Program-made: the position numbers and the translations under genes
In this document: one piece after another, positions 16,591 to 26,669 of the stretch
Layout of the letters: each line of letters begins with the position of its first letter
How positions within the stretch are numbered: the first letter of the stretch is position 1
Notes under the pieces: model-generated
Told to the model about the DNA's origin: nothing
Database searches by the model: none
What the model saw: the letters and a program-made list of their open reading frames with translations, nothing else
From: a virus
Taxonomy: Duplodnaviria; Heunggongvirae; Uroviricota; Caudoviricetes
Direction: 5' to 3' (one strand)
DNA length: 40,942 nt
Virus record (IMG/VR): IMGVR_UViG_2531839450_000010
Location: 1 to 40,942 of that record

Positions 16591-19147
16591 TCATATTGAA
16601 GTGGAGGATTAATGTCGATGCGCCACTGATATCTGCATCATAAACGCCGCTATTCCAGTTCCAGCCAACAGCTTTATCATTTGCAACCTTGCTTCCTGTT
16701 TGCCCTAAAGCAAATGCAGGCTGCTGGTTTTTCGTGTTGTAGTCTCTTCGCCAGCCAGGAGCATAAGCATCACCATGATTAATATAAGTGAATTGAGCGT
16801 TAGTAATTCCGCCACCGCTGGACGTGCTCGGCGTAGTAACGCGTATGGTCATTGCGCCGCGAGTGCCAATAACTTCCACCACAGCACCTGCAAGACAAAT
16901 ATTTCCGCAACCTGTATCTGTAATGACCTTATTATTTGCATAAGCCCATGAGCCTTTGCACATCCAGTAAGGATGGTTAAATGCTCCCTGACTCTCCAGC
17001 CACGAAATAAATTGCGCGGTTGTCCAGACCTGACTATCGCCACCAATATTCAGCCATGCGCTATATGCGCGGCAGGCACCAATATTTTTGGTGAAGGTAT
17101 CTTTTCCCGGAATATCTGCGCCGTTCTGGTTTTTCTGTAATGCTCCTGCGGCTAATTCTACAGTTTGCTCAAGATTTAAATCTGCCGCCGTTAGCTCAAT
17201 ATTTTTAGAACCGTCAAACGAGACACCGTTGATAGTACACGCCGTCTGCAATTTGGTCGCTGTAGCCGCATTACCAGAGGTGTCCTGATTCCCTTTGGTA
17301 TTAACGCCGGGAACGGAATCTTTTGACGTATAGATCTGTGCCCATTCGGACCATGCCGCAGCAGTGCTATCTCTTTTGGATCGAATGAAAGCTGGTGCAT
17401 GAGCGCCATTTGTGCCACTCCAGCCAATGAGCAACTCGCCTTCACCAGTGGATGCAGCTCCCTTCAGGTGAAGTACATTCCCGTAAGTCGTCGGATAACC
17501 ATTGTTGTATGCCTCATACATCTGCAATCCAGTAGCAGCACCTTGCGTTGTACCGGTAAGCGCAGTAACGCGTCCTCTAGACGTAATTGTTGGTATCGAA
17601 ATGTTCGTAGAACCATCGAATCTGACGCCATTAATGTTTATGGCTGTTTTTAATTTCGTCGCGGTGTCGGCGTTCCCTGTCAGCGCCCCGGTGATCCCGC
17701 CGTTAAAAGTCTGGCGTGCACTCCATGTGTTAGCCGTGCTCAACAGGGGGATCTTTTCACCACTGGTACCGAGTTCTCTTAAACCAAGGTATTGGATAAC
17801 AGCAAGAACGCTTGTTTTGGCCAGAATATCGCGACCGACTGACGTTAAGTCAGTCTGAGAAACAGTGTCTGTACCGGTAAAGTACGGCAATTTATTTGCG
17901 CCTGTCGCAAGACCAGCAAGCGCGGTTAAAGTTGCATCAAGTGGCTGTTTCCCTGCCAGCGCATTTGTCATTGTTGTCGCAAAGTTCGGGTCATTGCCCA
18001 GTGCTGCTGCAAGCTCATTCAGGGTATCAAGAGCTTCAGGTGATGAGCCGACCAATGCAGAGATAGCAGCCCGTACGTAAGCAGTCGTAGCGATCTGCGT
18101 ATTGTTTGTGCCCTGTGCAGCCGTAGGCGCAGTAGGGACACCCGTTAATGCAGGGCTTGCCAAAGGCGCTTTGAGAGCCAAGGCATTGTTGATAGTTGTG
18201 CTGTAATTCGGGTCGTTATTGATCGCAGCCGCTATTTCTTTCAGCGTATCCAGTGTGCCAGGCGCACCGTTGATAAGTGCAGTTATAGCTGCCTTAACAA
18301 AGGCTGTATTTGCGATCTGCGTGCTGTTTGTACCTTGCGCTGCCGTCGGCGCTGTTGGCGTTCCTGTCAGACTCGGGCTTTCTATTGGCGCTTTGGTATC
18401 AGCCAGATCTTTTATAGACTTAACAGCTTTAGGGGTAGCCGCCATTGTTTCGCTGTCGCTGTTAGTTGCGCTACTGAGCTGAACTAATCCCTTTTGCGTT
18501 GTGCTTGCATCCTGCGCCGTATACTTGCTTTTCGCCAGATCGTAGGCTTTTTTAACTGCCAGCGAACTTGCCGCAACATCACTTCTGGTACTGGTTACAG
18601 AGTCTGAAATATCAATGCCGATAGTGCGGTTGATACGCTCTGATGTATCAATCATCTCTTGGGTAATGGCAGATACACCAGCAGGAATATTCACCGTACA
18701 AACAAGCAGCTCTCCATCTCCTAACTGATATGAATCGGTATAGGTTCTGGCAATAAATTCAGCCGCATGAATATGTGACGCTGTATTAACCTGATAGGTA
18801 TCTTCTCCAAGGAGGTATCTTCCCTTCAGCACAATTGCATATTTCTTGCCTGCACTAAGTGCAAGAGAAATATCCTTACGGTGCTGAATAGTTACCTGGT
18901 AGAATTCACCAATATCCACCGACGCCGCGCCTGCGGTTTTATCACCATCCACTGAGGTGATTAACAGGTTCATCCCACCGCCAGGCTTAGGTAAGAAACC
19001 GGCATAAAATCCCGGGTCAACAATCCCCCTGAATTTTCGGTTTAGCGCGGCTGACAGATATGGTTCGTGGTATTGCACATCAGCCACCAGAGCCAACGAC
19101 TCGGGTGATGGGTAAGTAACTGATGTAACAACTGTAACGTCATTCAT
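16547..19147 (-). CDS. S: Tail fibre protein (S-type; constant N-terminal part plus variable part), interrupted near the C-terminus by a frameshift
   Basis: Contains tandem fibre repeats (APxxSPxLTGxPTAPTAAQGTN.TQIA.TA.V). Likely start is the ATG at 19147 with an AAGGA RBS; the track start at 19234 is upstream of it. The right crossover site lies inside the gene. Confidence 0.85.
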   Translation of the reverse strand: MNDVTVVTSVTYPSPESLALVADVQYHEPYLSAALNRKFRGIVDPGFYAGFLPKPGGGMNLLITSVDGDKTAGAASVDIGEFYQVTIQHRKDISLALSAGKKYAIVLKGRYLLGEDTYQVNTASHIHAAEFIARTYTDSYQLGDGELLVCTVNIPAGVSAITQEMIDTSERINRTIGIDISDSVTSTRSDVAASSLAVKKAYDLAKSKYTAQDASTTQKGLVQLSSATNSDSETMAATPKAVKSIKDLADTKAPIESPSLTGTPTAPTAAQGTNSTQIANTAFVKAAITALINGAPGTLDTLKEIAAAINNDPNYSTTINNALALKAPLASPALTGVPTAPTAAQGTNNTQIATTAYVRAAISALVGSSPEALDTLNELAAALGNDPNFATTMTNALAGKQPLDATLTALAGLATGANKLPYFTGTDTVSQTDLTSVGRDILAKTSVLAVIQYLGLRELGTSGEKIPLLSTANTWSARQTFNGGITGALTGNADTATKLKTAININGVRFDGSTNISIPTITSRGRVTALTGTTQGAATGLQMYEAYNNGYPTTYGNVLHLKGAASTGEGELLIGWSGTNGAHAPAFIRSKRDSTAAAWSEWAQIYTSKDSVPGVNTKGNQDTSGNAATATKLQTACTINGVSFDGSKNIELTAADLNLEQTVELAAGALQKNQNGADIPGKDTFTKNIGACRAYSAWLNIGGDSQVWTTAQFISWLESQGAFNHPYWMCKGSWAYANNKVITDTGCGNICLAGAVVEVIGTRGAMTIRVTTPSTSSGGGITNAQFTYINHGDAYAPGWRRDYNTKNQQPAFALGQTGSKVANDKAVGWNWNSGVYDADISGASTLILHFNMNAGELPCCTVPREL
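17645..17786. repeat. Right inverted repeat of the invertible segment
   Basis: Reverse complement matches 13924..14065 at about 95%. Confidence 0.8.
17774..17799. other. Invertase crossover site, right (cixR-like 26-bp site)
   Basis: TTCTCTTAAACC-AA-GGTATTGGATAA; the outer half-site reverse complement TTATCCAATACC resembles the classic hix/gix half-site. Confidence 0.8.
18040..18484 (-). repeat. Tandem direct repeat (2 x ~222 bp) inside the tail-fibre gene, encoding two 74-aa fibre repeats
   Basis: The string GCGATCTGCGT recurs at 18090 and 18312, with extended similarity between the two units. Confidence 0.7.
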
Positions 19148-19158
19148 CAAGCATATCC

Positions 19159-19593
19159 TTATGCTGTTGTCGTGTTTATGGCCATAACTGCGGTATATGT
19201 TTTGCCCACATACAGCGAGTCTTCCTGGACACAAATAATGGCGATTGGCTTGTTCTCGTTATCCAGAACAACCAGAGTGTTGAATGGGTAGTTTTTCCCT
19301 TCCTGCAACTGGCTTTGATCAAGGTCCATTCGGACAGTAATTATCCCGCCTGAGTAGGTTGGGACGAGGTTGATGGTGCAAAATTGACTGGTCAGTTCTG
19401 CCAGATCGAAAACCTTTGGCAGTTCTCCAATCTCATAAGTGCCATCTCCTTTCTTAGTAACCAGTGAACTGGTACCGAAAACGGCCTTGCTGATTAAAAA
19501 TCGAGAGCCTTTGTTAATGGACGATTCAGCGCGCCGCTGATAGTAATAGTCCAACAACTGACTCTTATAGAGGTTTGTTGAGACGTCAGACAT
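19159..19593 (-). CDS. Tail-fibre-associated structural protein (P1 R-like)
   Basis: 144 aa immediately upstream of the tail-fibre gene; assigned by position. Confidence 0.4.
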   Translation of the reverse strand: MSDVSTNLYKSQLLDYYYQRRAESSINKGSRFLISKAVFGTSSLVTKKGDGTYEIGELPKVFDLAELTSQFCTINLVPTYSGGIITVRMDLDQSQLQEGKNYPFNTLVVLDNENKPIAIICVQEDSLYVGKTYTAVMAINTTTA

Positions 19594-19644
19594 GATTTTC
19601 CCTAATCAATGTTGTGAAGCCTCATTGTAAGAGAAGTAACTTGT

Positions 19645-19667
19645 CACCCCGCCCTGCGGACGGGGTG
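19645..19667 (-). terminator. Hairpin between the baseplate genes and the tail-fibre operon (possible terminator/attenuator)
   Basis: CACCCCG-(9 nt)-CGGGGTG stem-loop directly after the upstream gene's stop codon. Confidence 0.35.
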
Positions 19668-19671
19668 ATTG

Positions 19672-20511
19672 TCAGGCGTCGCTATCCAGCAGCAAATCAT
19701 CTGCGCGGGTGCGATCAAACGTAGGCGTTGCTTTCACAATAGTGCCGCCCGGCGTTGCAGTGATCGGAGCGCTAATCGACGTAACTCCAGTAAGCGAAGT
19801 TGTATCCGAAGTTTCAAACCAGCAGTACGCTTTTTCGGTATCAGAAATCTCGTTCAAAGTGATCATGTCGGCGTGTTCATTTACAACAACCGACAAATAG
19901 AGCGTAAGCCCATCAAACACTATATGCAGTGGCAGTAGAGGCTTTACGAACTGATTAAACTTTCTGAGAATTTCTTCTGTAATTGCGGACTGATCTATCG
20001 TGCCAGTAATCCCCATTGTCCGGGCCAGGTCGTTTATGGGAATACTGATCATCCCTCTGGAAGTCAGAAACATCTCGCCGAATGTGCCGCCGGTAGTCTC
20101 CAGTGTGCTTTCAGGTATTAGAACCGTGCCATAGGGATGACGCTCAAGGTCCACCGGTGCATATATCGGATCCCATAAAACAGAAATACCGTTAAATTCG
20201 CGGTAAATTGTCTGGTTTATAGGGCGTTCAGTCCCCTTAAAGTGAATCTCATCAAGACGCTGTTGTAACAACATCGGAACGGAAGATGAGTTCGACGTTC
20301 TGATAGTAAAGAACTGGCCAAGTTCATTTGTCCTGGTCTCCAGATCCTCCTTGCTCATGGAAAAAATAGACTTCCGGTTGGTAATTCGCTCCAACCATGG
20401 GTCAACAAAGGTATCCATCATTGACTGAACCAAATCAGCCAATGATTTATAGAGCAATGACTTTTGCTTAGCTGATGTAAGCCGGTTATTAAACCAGGAA
20501 CGCTGCATCAC
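19672..20511 (-). CDS. Baseplate/tail structural protein
   Basis: 279 aa, overlaps the preceding baseplate gene; no motif verified. Confidence 0.4.
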   Translation of the reverse strand: MMQRSWFNNRLTSAKQKSLLYKSLADLVQSMMDTFVDPWLERITNRKSIFSMSKEDLETRTNELGQFFTIRTSNSSSVPMLLQQRLDEIHFKGTERPINQTIYREFNGISVLWDPIYAPVDLERHPYGTVLIPESTLETTGGTFGEMFLTSRGMISIPINDLARTMGITGTIDQSAITEEILRKFNQFVKPLLPLHIVFDGLTLYLSVVVNEHADMITLNEISDTEKAYCWFETSDTTSLTGVTSISAPITATPGGTIVKATPTFDRTRADDLLLDSDA

Positions 20512-21941
20512 TCCTCCTCATACGAAATATTAAAGGTGGAGTTTTCTGTATCCAGATAAACGAAATCGTAAAAGCCGTTGGACTCATTCCACTCGACAAA
20601 TTCCAGATAAAAGTCGCGGAAATAACCCAGCGTTTCGATAAATGCCCAAACGTCTTTTTTCTTGATTAGGATGTACTTGCCAACACGGTTCGGATCAAAG
20701 AAAGTTGAGTCACGCCCAAATTTTGTTTCCAGTGCCGACTTCAGCTCATCAGTCACGTTCTCAATGGTCAGGCTTGCCGATATCCGCCCGGTGATGGTGA
20801 TCTTAAAGGGTAGTTTTCTGACCTCTTTATACGAGAATTTCTTGTTCAACTCATTCGGCACCTTCTTAAAGGCAGCCAGGATCATTTCTTCAAGCTCTGA
20901 CTGGCTTTTGTTTGGATGCCATCCTGAAATAAATATCTTATTGATATTCCGAACATTATAAGCACCATCTAATTTCTCTTGCTGGCCTTCGCCCCATGCC
21001 TTTACCCAGGACAGTCCCGGGATGTTACGCACCAGAAAATACGTATAGTCCCCGCCCCATACGACCTGATCATCATAGGCAAGGTAATATTGTGCACGAT
21101 TACGTGTGATCTCCGTTGTTTCGGCATCGGTACCTGCGGTTATGGGTGTCGTTGTCTTAACTGAAATCAAATTAGCTAAATTAGCCGCAGAATCGACAGG
21201 CGTCAGATTTTGGCCAGCAACCAAGGTTATATCTCCGTTGGTGCACCATACCTTAAGTGTAATGGTCGAGCCTTCTGGCGGTATTTGCCCAATTAGCCCA
21301 TCACCGAATCGAACCCCCAACTGCTCGGATGGTTTATAAAACTCAACGTAGACCTGGCTTTTACTACCAGCTAACCGGAACATAGTGCTGGAAGACCACT
21401 GCGTGGTCTTACCATCGGTCGTCACGAATACTTCCAGCTTATAGCAGACAGCAGTGAGAGCCTTTGATAACACGACTTCCAGAAATTCTTTGGCTGCCGT
21501 AACGGTATATGTCACCTCCTGGATTTCCAACTGTGCCACTTCTACCGTACCGGTGCCGTCAACCAACCTGCATACATCCATAGTTATGTAAGGGTACTGG
21601 TCGTCAGATATTAAAGGCATGTTTTTGGGGATTACCGCTGGAGCATCTTCACTTGTGGCGGTGATCTCAATCATCCCCGATGACGGTGTTGGCTTGGTAC
21701 CAACGTAACTATTCGTTTCTGCCGCTGCCAGGATAGAGGAACGCCGCGTCGCGGTCGATATAAAGCCTTCAGCCAGCGCCGCATCGGCATACTGAAAGCA
21801 CCTGTAGACAATCTGGGTAATAAACAATGTCAGCATCGAGACAAATTGAGAGCCGACAAACTTCGACCAGAATGAATCTTTCTCGACAAGCTCTTCAAAC
21901 TCTGCACGAATACTGTCTTTAGTCGGTGTTGTTTTACTCAT
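20508..21941 (-). CDS. Baseplate protein, J-like (P1 BplA-like)
   Basis: 477 aa in the baseplate position between the small wedge-like protein and the fibre genes; size typical of baseplate J proteins. Confidence 0.45.
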   Translation of the reverse strand: MSKTTPTKDSIRAEFEELVEKDSFWSKFVGSQFVSMLTLFITQIVYRCFQYADAALAEGFISTATRRSSILAAAETNSYVGTKPTPSSGMIEITATSEDAPAVIPKNMPLISDDQYPYITMDVCRLVDGTGTVEVAQLEIQEVTYTVTAAKEFLEVVLSKALTAVCYKLEVFVTTDGKTTQWSSSTMFRLAGSKSQVYVEFYKPSEQLGVRFGDGLIGQIPPEGSTITLKVWCTNGDITLVAGQNLTPVDSAANLANLISVKTTTPITAGTDAETTEITRNRAQYYLAYDDQVVWGGDYTYFLVRNIPGLSWVKAWGEGQQEKLDGAYNVRNINKIFISGWHPNKSQSELEEMILAAFKKVPNELNKKFSYKEVRKLPFKITITGRISASLTIENVTDELKSALETKFGRDSTFFDPNRVGKYILIKKKDVWAFIETLGYFRDFYLEFVEWNESNGFYDFVYLDTENSTFNISYEEE

Positions 21942-22297
21942 AGCACCACGTCCTGTGTGATAGTTATATCCCTGATACGAATGGATATTTTCAACTTATC
22001 AAAAGCATCTCCCTCGGCTACTGACAAGCCAGAAATCGGTATGTCAGGTAAATCTACCGTCAGTTTTTGCAACAGCATTGCCTCAACCGCAATTTGAACA
22101 TGCGACAAGTTGGTCGGTTCGTGTTTAAACTGCGGTAAAACATTGCCCCATGACGGATCCCCGTATACCTCACCCTGATAAGTGTTTAGCCACTCATATA
22201 AACGAGCGCCCCAGGCCTCCTCCTGGGACTCATACGTTTTTACGCCGGATAACTCCAGCGTCAGCAAAGGATCAATTTCGTTATTGTTGGCCATCAA
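21938..22297 (-). CDS. Small baseplate wedge-like protein (gp25/W-like)
   Basis: 119 aa, overlaps the neighbouring genes by 4 nt on both sides; positional inference. Confidence 0.35.
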   Translation of the reverse strand: MMANNNEIDPLLTLELSGVKTYESQEEAWGARLYEWLNTYQGEVYGDPSWGNVLPQFKHEPTNLSHVQIAVEAMLLQKLTVDLPDIPISGLSVAEGDAFDKLKISIRIRDITITQDVVL

Positions 22298-25200
22298 TCA
22301 ACTCTCGCGTAGTCATTCATCAACGGATCATCAATTGACAGTGGTACCGTGCGCATAACGCCCGGCTGAGGCGTGCTGACCTTTACGACAGTTCCCTGGC
22401 CTTTCGCCGAGTCTTTGGTGTGCTCTTCAATCCTGGCAAGCAATGAGGTCATCTGCGCAAACAGCCGCTTCGTTTCACCATCAAGTGAAACGGTATTATC
22501 AGCCAACTGCATTGTCGGCTTGGCACCGGAGCCGCCAAGGTCACTAATAACCTGTCCGTCTATCTGCATACGACCGGTTGGTTGCTGCAAATCGTTGGCG
22601 GCAGTCGTCACCTTGGACGTGGAGGCTGGTTCAGGCGCATTATTTTTCCGCATCCCCGGCGAGTTGCGGAGTTTATCGAATAGTCCATCAATCTCCATTT
22701 GTGCGCCGAGTTGGTCAAAGTAACTTGAGTTGTTGGCCACCGGACGCGCCTCTTCAACTGGCATCGGAGTATCAACATACACATTGCCAGCTGCTGTTGC
22801 GGTCCCCTTCCCTCGTGCACGTTCTTCGAGCGTTCCCTGAACGACTTCCCGACGCATACCCCGGCCATTCATGAATTTGTTGACCAGATCGTTAACGCCA
22901 ACAGCATTGCCGATTTTGTCTACCAGACCGCCTTTCTCAAACGGGCTATCACCAGGGGTAAATGCCAGGCCAGTAGACTGATCGATAACAGCGTTATCAG
23001 GCAGTGGTCCCCTCACTCCATATTGCGCCCCACCCTGTGCTCCTGCTCCAGGTGTATAGATTTCACCACCTAAATAGCGAGCACGATGAGTATTGACCTT
23101 GATCGCGTACTCACGGTTTTCTTTGGATAAGTCACCTGTGCCTTTTTTCCACTTATTGATAGTGCCAAACCCAGCGTTATATGCAGTGATGGCCTCGTTT
23201 AAGTCTCCATTGGCTTGCTTCAGATACTTGCTCATGAGAAGAGCCGCAGCTTCTGCCGATTTCACAGGATCAAACGATTCACCTTCAGCTAAGCCAGTCT
23301 CTTCACGAGCAATCCCCGTGAACTGAAACATTCCCAGAGCACCGGTTTGGGATTTTGCATACGGATTACCACCAGATTCAGTTGCAGCAATCGCGTAAAG
23401 AGTGCCTTCTGGAAGACCGTATTTATTCTCTAGTTCGGCAAAATACGGAGCCAACTTATCGAGATTTGCCTTACCTTCAGCGCCAAGACTTCCGACTTTT
23501 ACATCTAAGTTGCCATTGTTGTAAGTATCCGCAGCTTTCTGAATGTCATTCCTGGTGCCAGTAGTATTAAGCGACGATGATGATGAGCTATTTTGACCAA
23601 TAGCATTATCAATTTTCTGCAACGCGCTATTGCCCGTTTCTACGGCATTTGCATTGATAATCTGATTGGCAGTTTCTTTAACTGTTTTATTGCTATCTTT
23701 CGCCGTATCTAGGGATGCATTTACAACACGAGTGACAATATTAGCCTTTTTAGGGGTATATTCAGTCTTAGGAGCATTGTCCTCCTGACTTTCTTTAGCT
23801 GGTGTTTTTAATTCAGGTGTAACCTCTTTCGCATCCGCTTTGTTGACTAGCTTTGATGCAACCCAGGCCACAGGGGTGCTCTGAACAGCGGCATCTGCAA
23901 CCTCACCTGAAAGCTCTTTTGCGGCACTCCATAGATTACTGCCAGCTTCTTTAATGTATTTCCCTGGGTTCTTAATGAAATCAATTGCACTATCAATTGC
24001 ATCACTGAAAACCTGTTTCAGGTTATCGACAGTAAAGAAGTTTTTGATGGCGTCTAATTTTTCGTTCAGGTTCTTTGTTGTGTCACTGAACCATGCTGAA
24101 ATAGCATCACCAATCTTTGCAGTATAATCACTAAATGTCGTGGATATAGTATCACCAAGGTTAGAAATATATGTTTCTAAATTGGTAATCCCACTATCAA
24201 TGGCCTGGGCAATACTTTCCGTCGAAAATGATTGCAACATATTGCCGATATCCTCAAATCCAAGTGATTTGAGAACGCCGCCAATGGCACTGCTAATACC
24301 AGATACCAGTCCTCCCATATCGAGAACGTTAGCCAGTGTATAAGCCGCTTTTTGCTGAAAAGATGGATCTTCCCCATCCTTAAGCCCAAAGGTCCGACGT
24401 TGTGCTTCTGTATCATTCCAACCGGTTACCGCATCATAGATACCTCCAGCCACCGTGCCGACTAGCGGAATTGCGCGTAAAGCCCCCTTTGCAAGAGCCT
24501 TAACACCTAGTTTCCCCAATCCCTTAGTTGCAAGTTTTCCGGCACCGCGAGTAGCCAATTCGCCAGCTTCTTTGGCAGCAGCTTTTTTCCCACCAAAGCC
24601 CAATAAGCTTGCAACTTTTTTTATACCTAAAGCGCCTAGTGCCATCGAGCCAACTTTCTTTAGTACCCCACGGCCAAAAATAAGGGAAGCAATACCACCG
24701 GCCCCCTTCCCTAACAGGCTAAATAGTTTGGACAGCAAGCCGCCCTTCTTTTTCCCGGTGTTTTTGGCTATCTGATCAAGGGCGCTGAGAATCTTGTCAT
24801 TGCCCTCTTTAATTTCGCTGGTCTGCTCCTGAAGTTCCTGAACCGTCCGTTTTTGGGTGTTAACCTGAACGACATCGGCACTATTTTGCGATTTACGCCT
24901 AAAAAAACCTTTTCTACGGCTGTTATCGTCATTGCCACGAATCACATCGGCAATAGACTTTCTGGCACCATTAAGCGATCCGCCAACTTCTTTTGATATC
25001 CCGCCAAGCTCCTTCCCTGCTGCCCACAATGGACCTGCAACGGCATAACCTAACGCATCGACAGCACGAGTCTCTGAAGGGTTACCTATGCCTTCAGCTA
25101 CTTTTGACAGTTTTTTTAATAAACCTGATTCAGCATTTAGACGCTCATCATCCTCTTTGCGCCTGGCCTTTTCAGCACGTTCAGCACGGGCATCTTCCGC

Positions 25201-25692
25201 TGCGGCCTTACTCCCTGACTTTCCAATAAAACGACCACGCGCATCGCGTTGGTTTTGGCTTTTTTGCGCACCGCCTTTTTGACCGAACATTTCGCGAGCG
25301 TGTTCGGCTGCTTCGGTCCGTTGCGCCTTTACATCTTCTGTTATAGCCTTCTTGCGTCGTTTTTTACCCTTTCGCGTAGTTGATTTGGCCTGCGGTTCCT
25401 GTAGAGCAACATCCTCCTGAACTACACGAGAAACGTCCCCTAAATTAAGCCGTTTCATTGCCTCAACAATAGGGTCCACTGATGGCGCATTGGCCACAAA
25501 GTCTGGCCGGGAATTTTCGATTGTGCGATTTAATGCCGACACACTGCGAGAGACAGGATCAACTGTAGCAACTCGCCCCCCTTTCAAATCTTCAACGGCT
25601 TCCCGAATACCTGCAAGCTCTTCCAGCTCTTTTGCGCTGGCGGTTTCAACCGTCCTTATCACATCGTCAATGTTGGCGTTTTTTCTTTCCAT
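22294..25692 (-). CDS. sit: Injection transglycosylase / tape-measure-like protein with a soluble lytic transglycosylase domain (P1 Sit-like)
   Basis: 1132 aa; SLT-type motifs visible (ATESGGNPYAKSQTGALGMFQF ... AYNAGFGT); long Gly/Ala/Lys-rich low-complexity regions. P1 Sit is about 1140 aa by recall. Confidence 0.75.
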   Translation of the reverse strand: MERKNANIDDVIRTVETASAKELEELAGIREAVEDLKGGRVATVDPVSRSVSALNRTIENSRPDFVANAPSVDPIVEAMKRLNLGDVSRVVQEDVALQEPQAKSTTRKGKKRRKKAITEDVKAQRTEAAEHAREMFGQKGGAQKSQNQRDARGRFIGKSGSKAAAEDARAERAEKARRKEDDERLNAESGLLKKLSKVAEGIGNPSETRAVDALGYAVAGPLWAAGKELGGISKEVGGSLNGARKSIADVIRGNDDNSRRKGFFRRKSQNSADVVQVNTQKRTVQELQEQTSEIKEGNDKILSALDQIAKNTGKKKGGLLSKLFSLLGKGAGGIASLIFGRGVLKKVGSMALGALGIKKVASLLGFGGKKAAAKEAGELATRGAGKLATKGLGKLGVKALAKGALRAIPLVGTVAGGIYDAVTGWNDTEAQRRTFGLKDGEDPSFQQKAAYTLANVLDMGGLVSGISSAIGGVLKSLGFEDIGNMLQSFSTESIAQAIDSGITNLETYISNLGDTISTTFSDYTAKIGDAISAWFSDTTKNLNEKLDAIKNFFTVDNLKQVFSDAIDSAIDFIKNPGKYIKEAGSNLWSAAKELSGEVADAAVQSTPVAWVASKLVNKADAKEVTPELKTPAKESQEDNAPKTEYTPKKANIVTRVVNASLDTAKDSNKTVKETANQIINANAVETGNSALQKIDNAIGQNSSSSSSLNTTGTRNDIQKAADTYNNGNLDVKVGSLGAEGKANLDKLAPYFAELENKYGLPEGTLYAIAATESGGNPYAKSQTGALGMFQFTGIAREETGLAEGESFDPVKSAEAAALLMSKYLKQANGDLNEAITAYNAGFGTINKWKKGTGDLSKENREYAIKVNTHRARYLGGEIYTPGAGAQGGAQYGVRGPLPDNAVIDQSTGLAFTPGDSPFEKGGLVDKIGNAVGVNDLVNKFMNGRGMRREVVQGTLEERARGKGTATAAGNVYVDTPMPVEEARPVANNSSYFDQLGAQMEIDGLFDKLRNSPGMRKNNAPEPASTSKVTTAANDLQQPTGRMQIDGQVISDLGGSGAKPTMQLADNTVSLDGETKRLFAQMTSLLARIEEHTKDSAKGQGTVVKVSTPQPGVMRTVPLSIDDPLMNDYARVD

Positions 25693-25773
25693 GATCTTAT
25701 CGCCTACCGCTTCGGTTTAAGTTTTTCTTCCAGTTTCTCCAACAGGAAAAACGCATAGGATTCAGTGAGCCTT

Positions 25774-26655
25774 TCAGCGTCCTGAATCGGTATACCCCCA
25801 TACAAAACCAGGTTGGACACTAAGGTCTGATAGCTTTTCAATCCCCACCTGTGGAATGAAGTCGGTAGCCCGAAAGGGCACCCACAGACGGGTATACGCA
25901 CCCTCTGTGGACTCCTTTGTATCCTGGTTTGGGCATTTGTGCGGCGGGAGACGAAGACGCATTTCGCCTTTATCGATGTAGCACGGTAAACCATGTTCGA
26001 GCTTTTCATGAGCCAGCCGGATGTGTGCCGCCAGCTTCATAAATTCAGTATCAATGGCCATCCGTTTGATCGTTTCATAACGACGCTCAGCCTGCTCTTC
26101 ACGAGTACCGCTAACATCGTTATAAAGTTCACACTGATAAGCGAATTCCCAAAAACGCAAATCAACGATCGCTTCTTTGAATTCCGCGTCGTCTTCAGGT
26201 GGCAATGCTGCACGGCGCATCTCCAGCATTTCCATTGCCCAACCATCAAGCGGCACGATACGCCATTGATAAGGTACTCCCTCTACAGACACCTCAATAT
26301 CGTCAATGAAAGGTTCCACTTCCAGGACCTGGATATCTTCAGCCAGAGCATTCATATCGCAATCGTAATAATGCTCTTTACCGCAATGTTTACAGGTGTA
26401 GGTGAATGTCTCGACCGGTGTTTCACGGGAGCCGGTAAATATCCACCATAACGCGGTAATCCGGTCCTGCGCCGTCCATGTCAGGGGATCATGTTTCGCG
26501 GGTTCAGCCAGCAAGGCTTTTAAATACGCCGTTGTCTGTTGTTCTTGTTCCTCCGGTGTTATCGAGTTGAAACGCATCGCATCAGCAATATTTGGCTGAC
26601 GGAACTGGATCAATTCAGTTGGCCGCGATGGTAGCGGGAAAAGAGGTAAAAGCAT
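25774..26655 (-). CDS. Hypothetical virion-associated protein with a Cys cluster
   Basis: 293 aa containing CKHCGKEHYYDCD; directly upstream of the Sit-like gene. Confidence 0.3.
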   Translation of the reverse strand: MLLPLFPLPSRPTELIQFRQPNIADAMRFNSITPEEQEQQTTAYLKALLAEPAKHDPLTWTAQDRITALWWIFTGSRETPVETFTYTCKHCGKEHYYDCDMNALAEDIQVLEVEPFIDDIEVSVEGVPYQWRIVPLDGWAMEMLEMRRAALPPEDDAEFKEAIVDLRFWEFAYQCELYNDVSGTREEQAERRYETIKRMAIDTEFMKLAAHIRLAHEKLEHGLPCYIDKGEMRLRLPPHKCPNQDTKESTEGAYTRLWVPFRATDFIPQVGIEKLSDLSVQPGFVWGYTDSGR

Positions 26656-26669
26656 CCTTGCTCCTTAAT

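Larger units (their letters stand above)
13924..17786. other. Invertible tail-fibre C-segment between the two crossover sites (~3.86 kb)
   Basis: Bounded by inverted crossover sites; contains two divergent tail-fibre C-terminal segments and two tail-fibre-assembly genes in convergent arrangement. Confidence 0.85.

Noticed and set aside
19148-19234. Upstream extension of the tail-fibre ORF to 19234
   Set aside because: It overlaps the preceding gene by 76 nt and has no RBS; the ATG at 19147 has an AAGGA RBS and sits just after the upstream stop.
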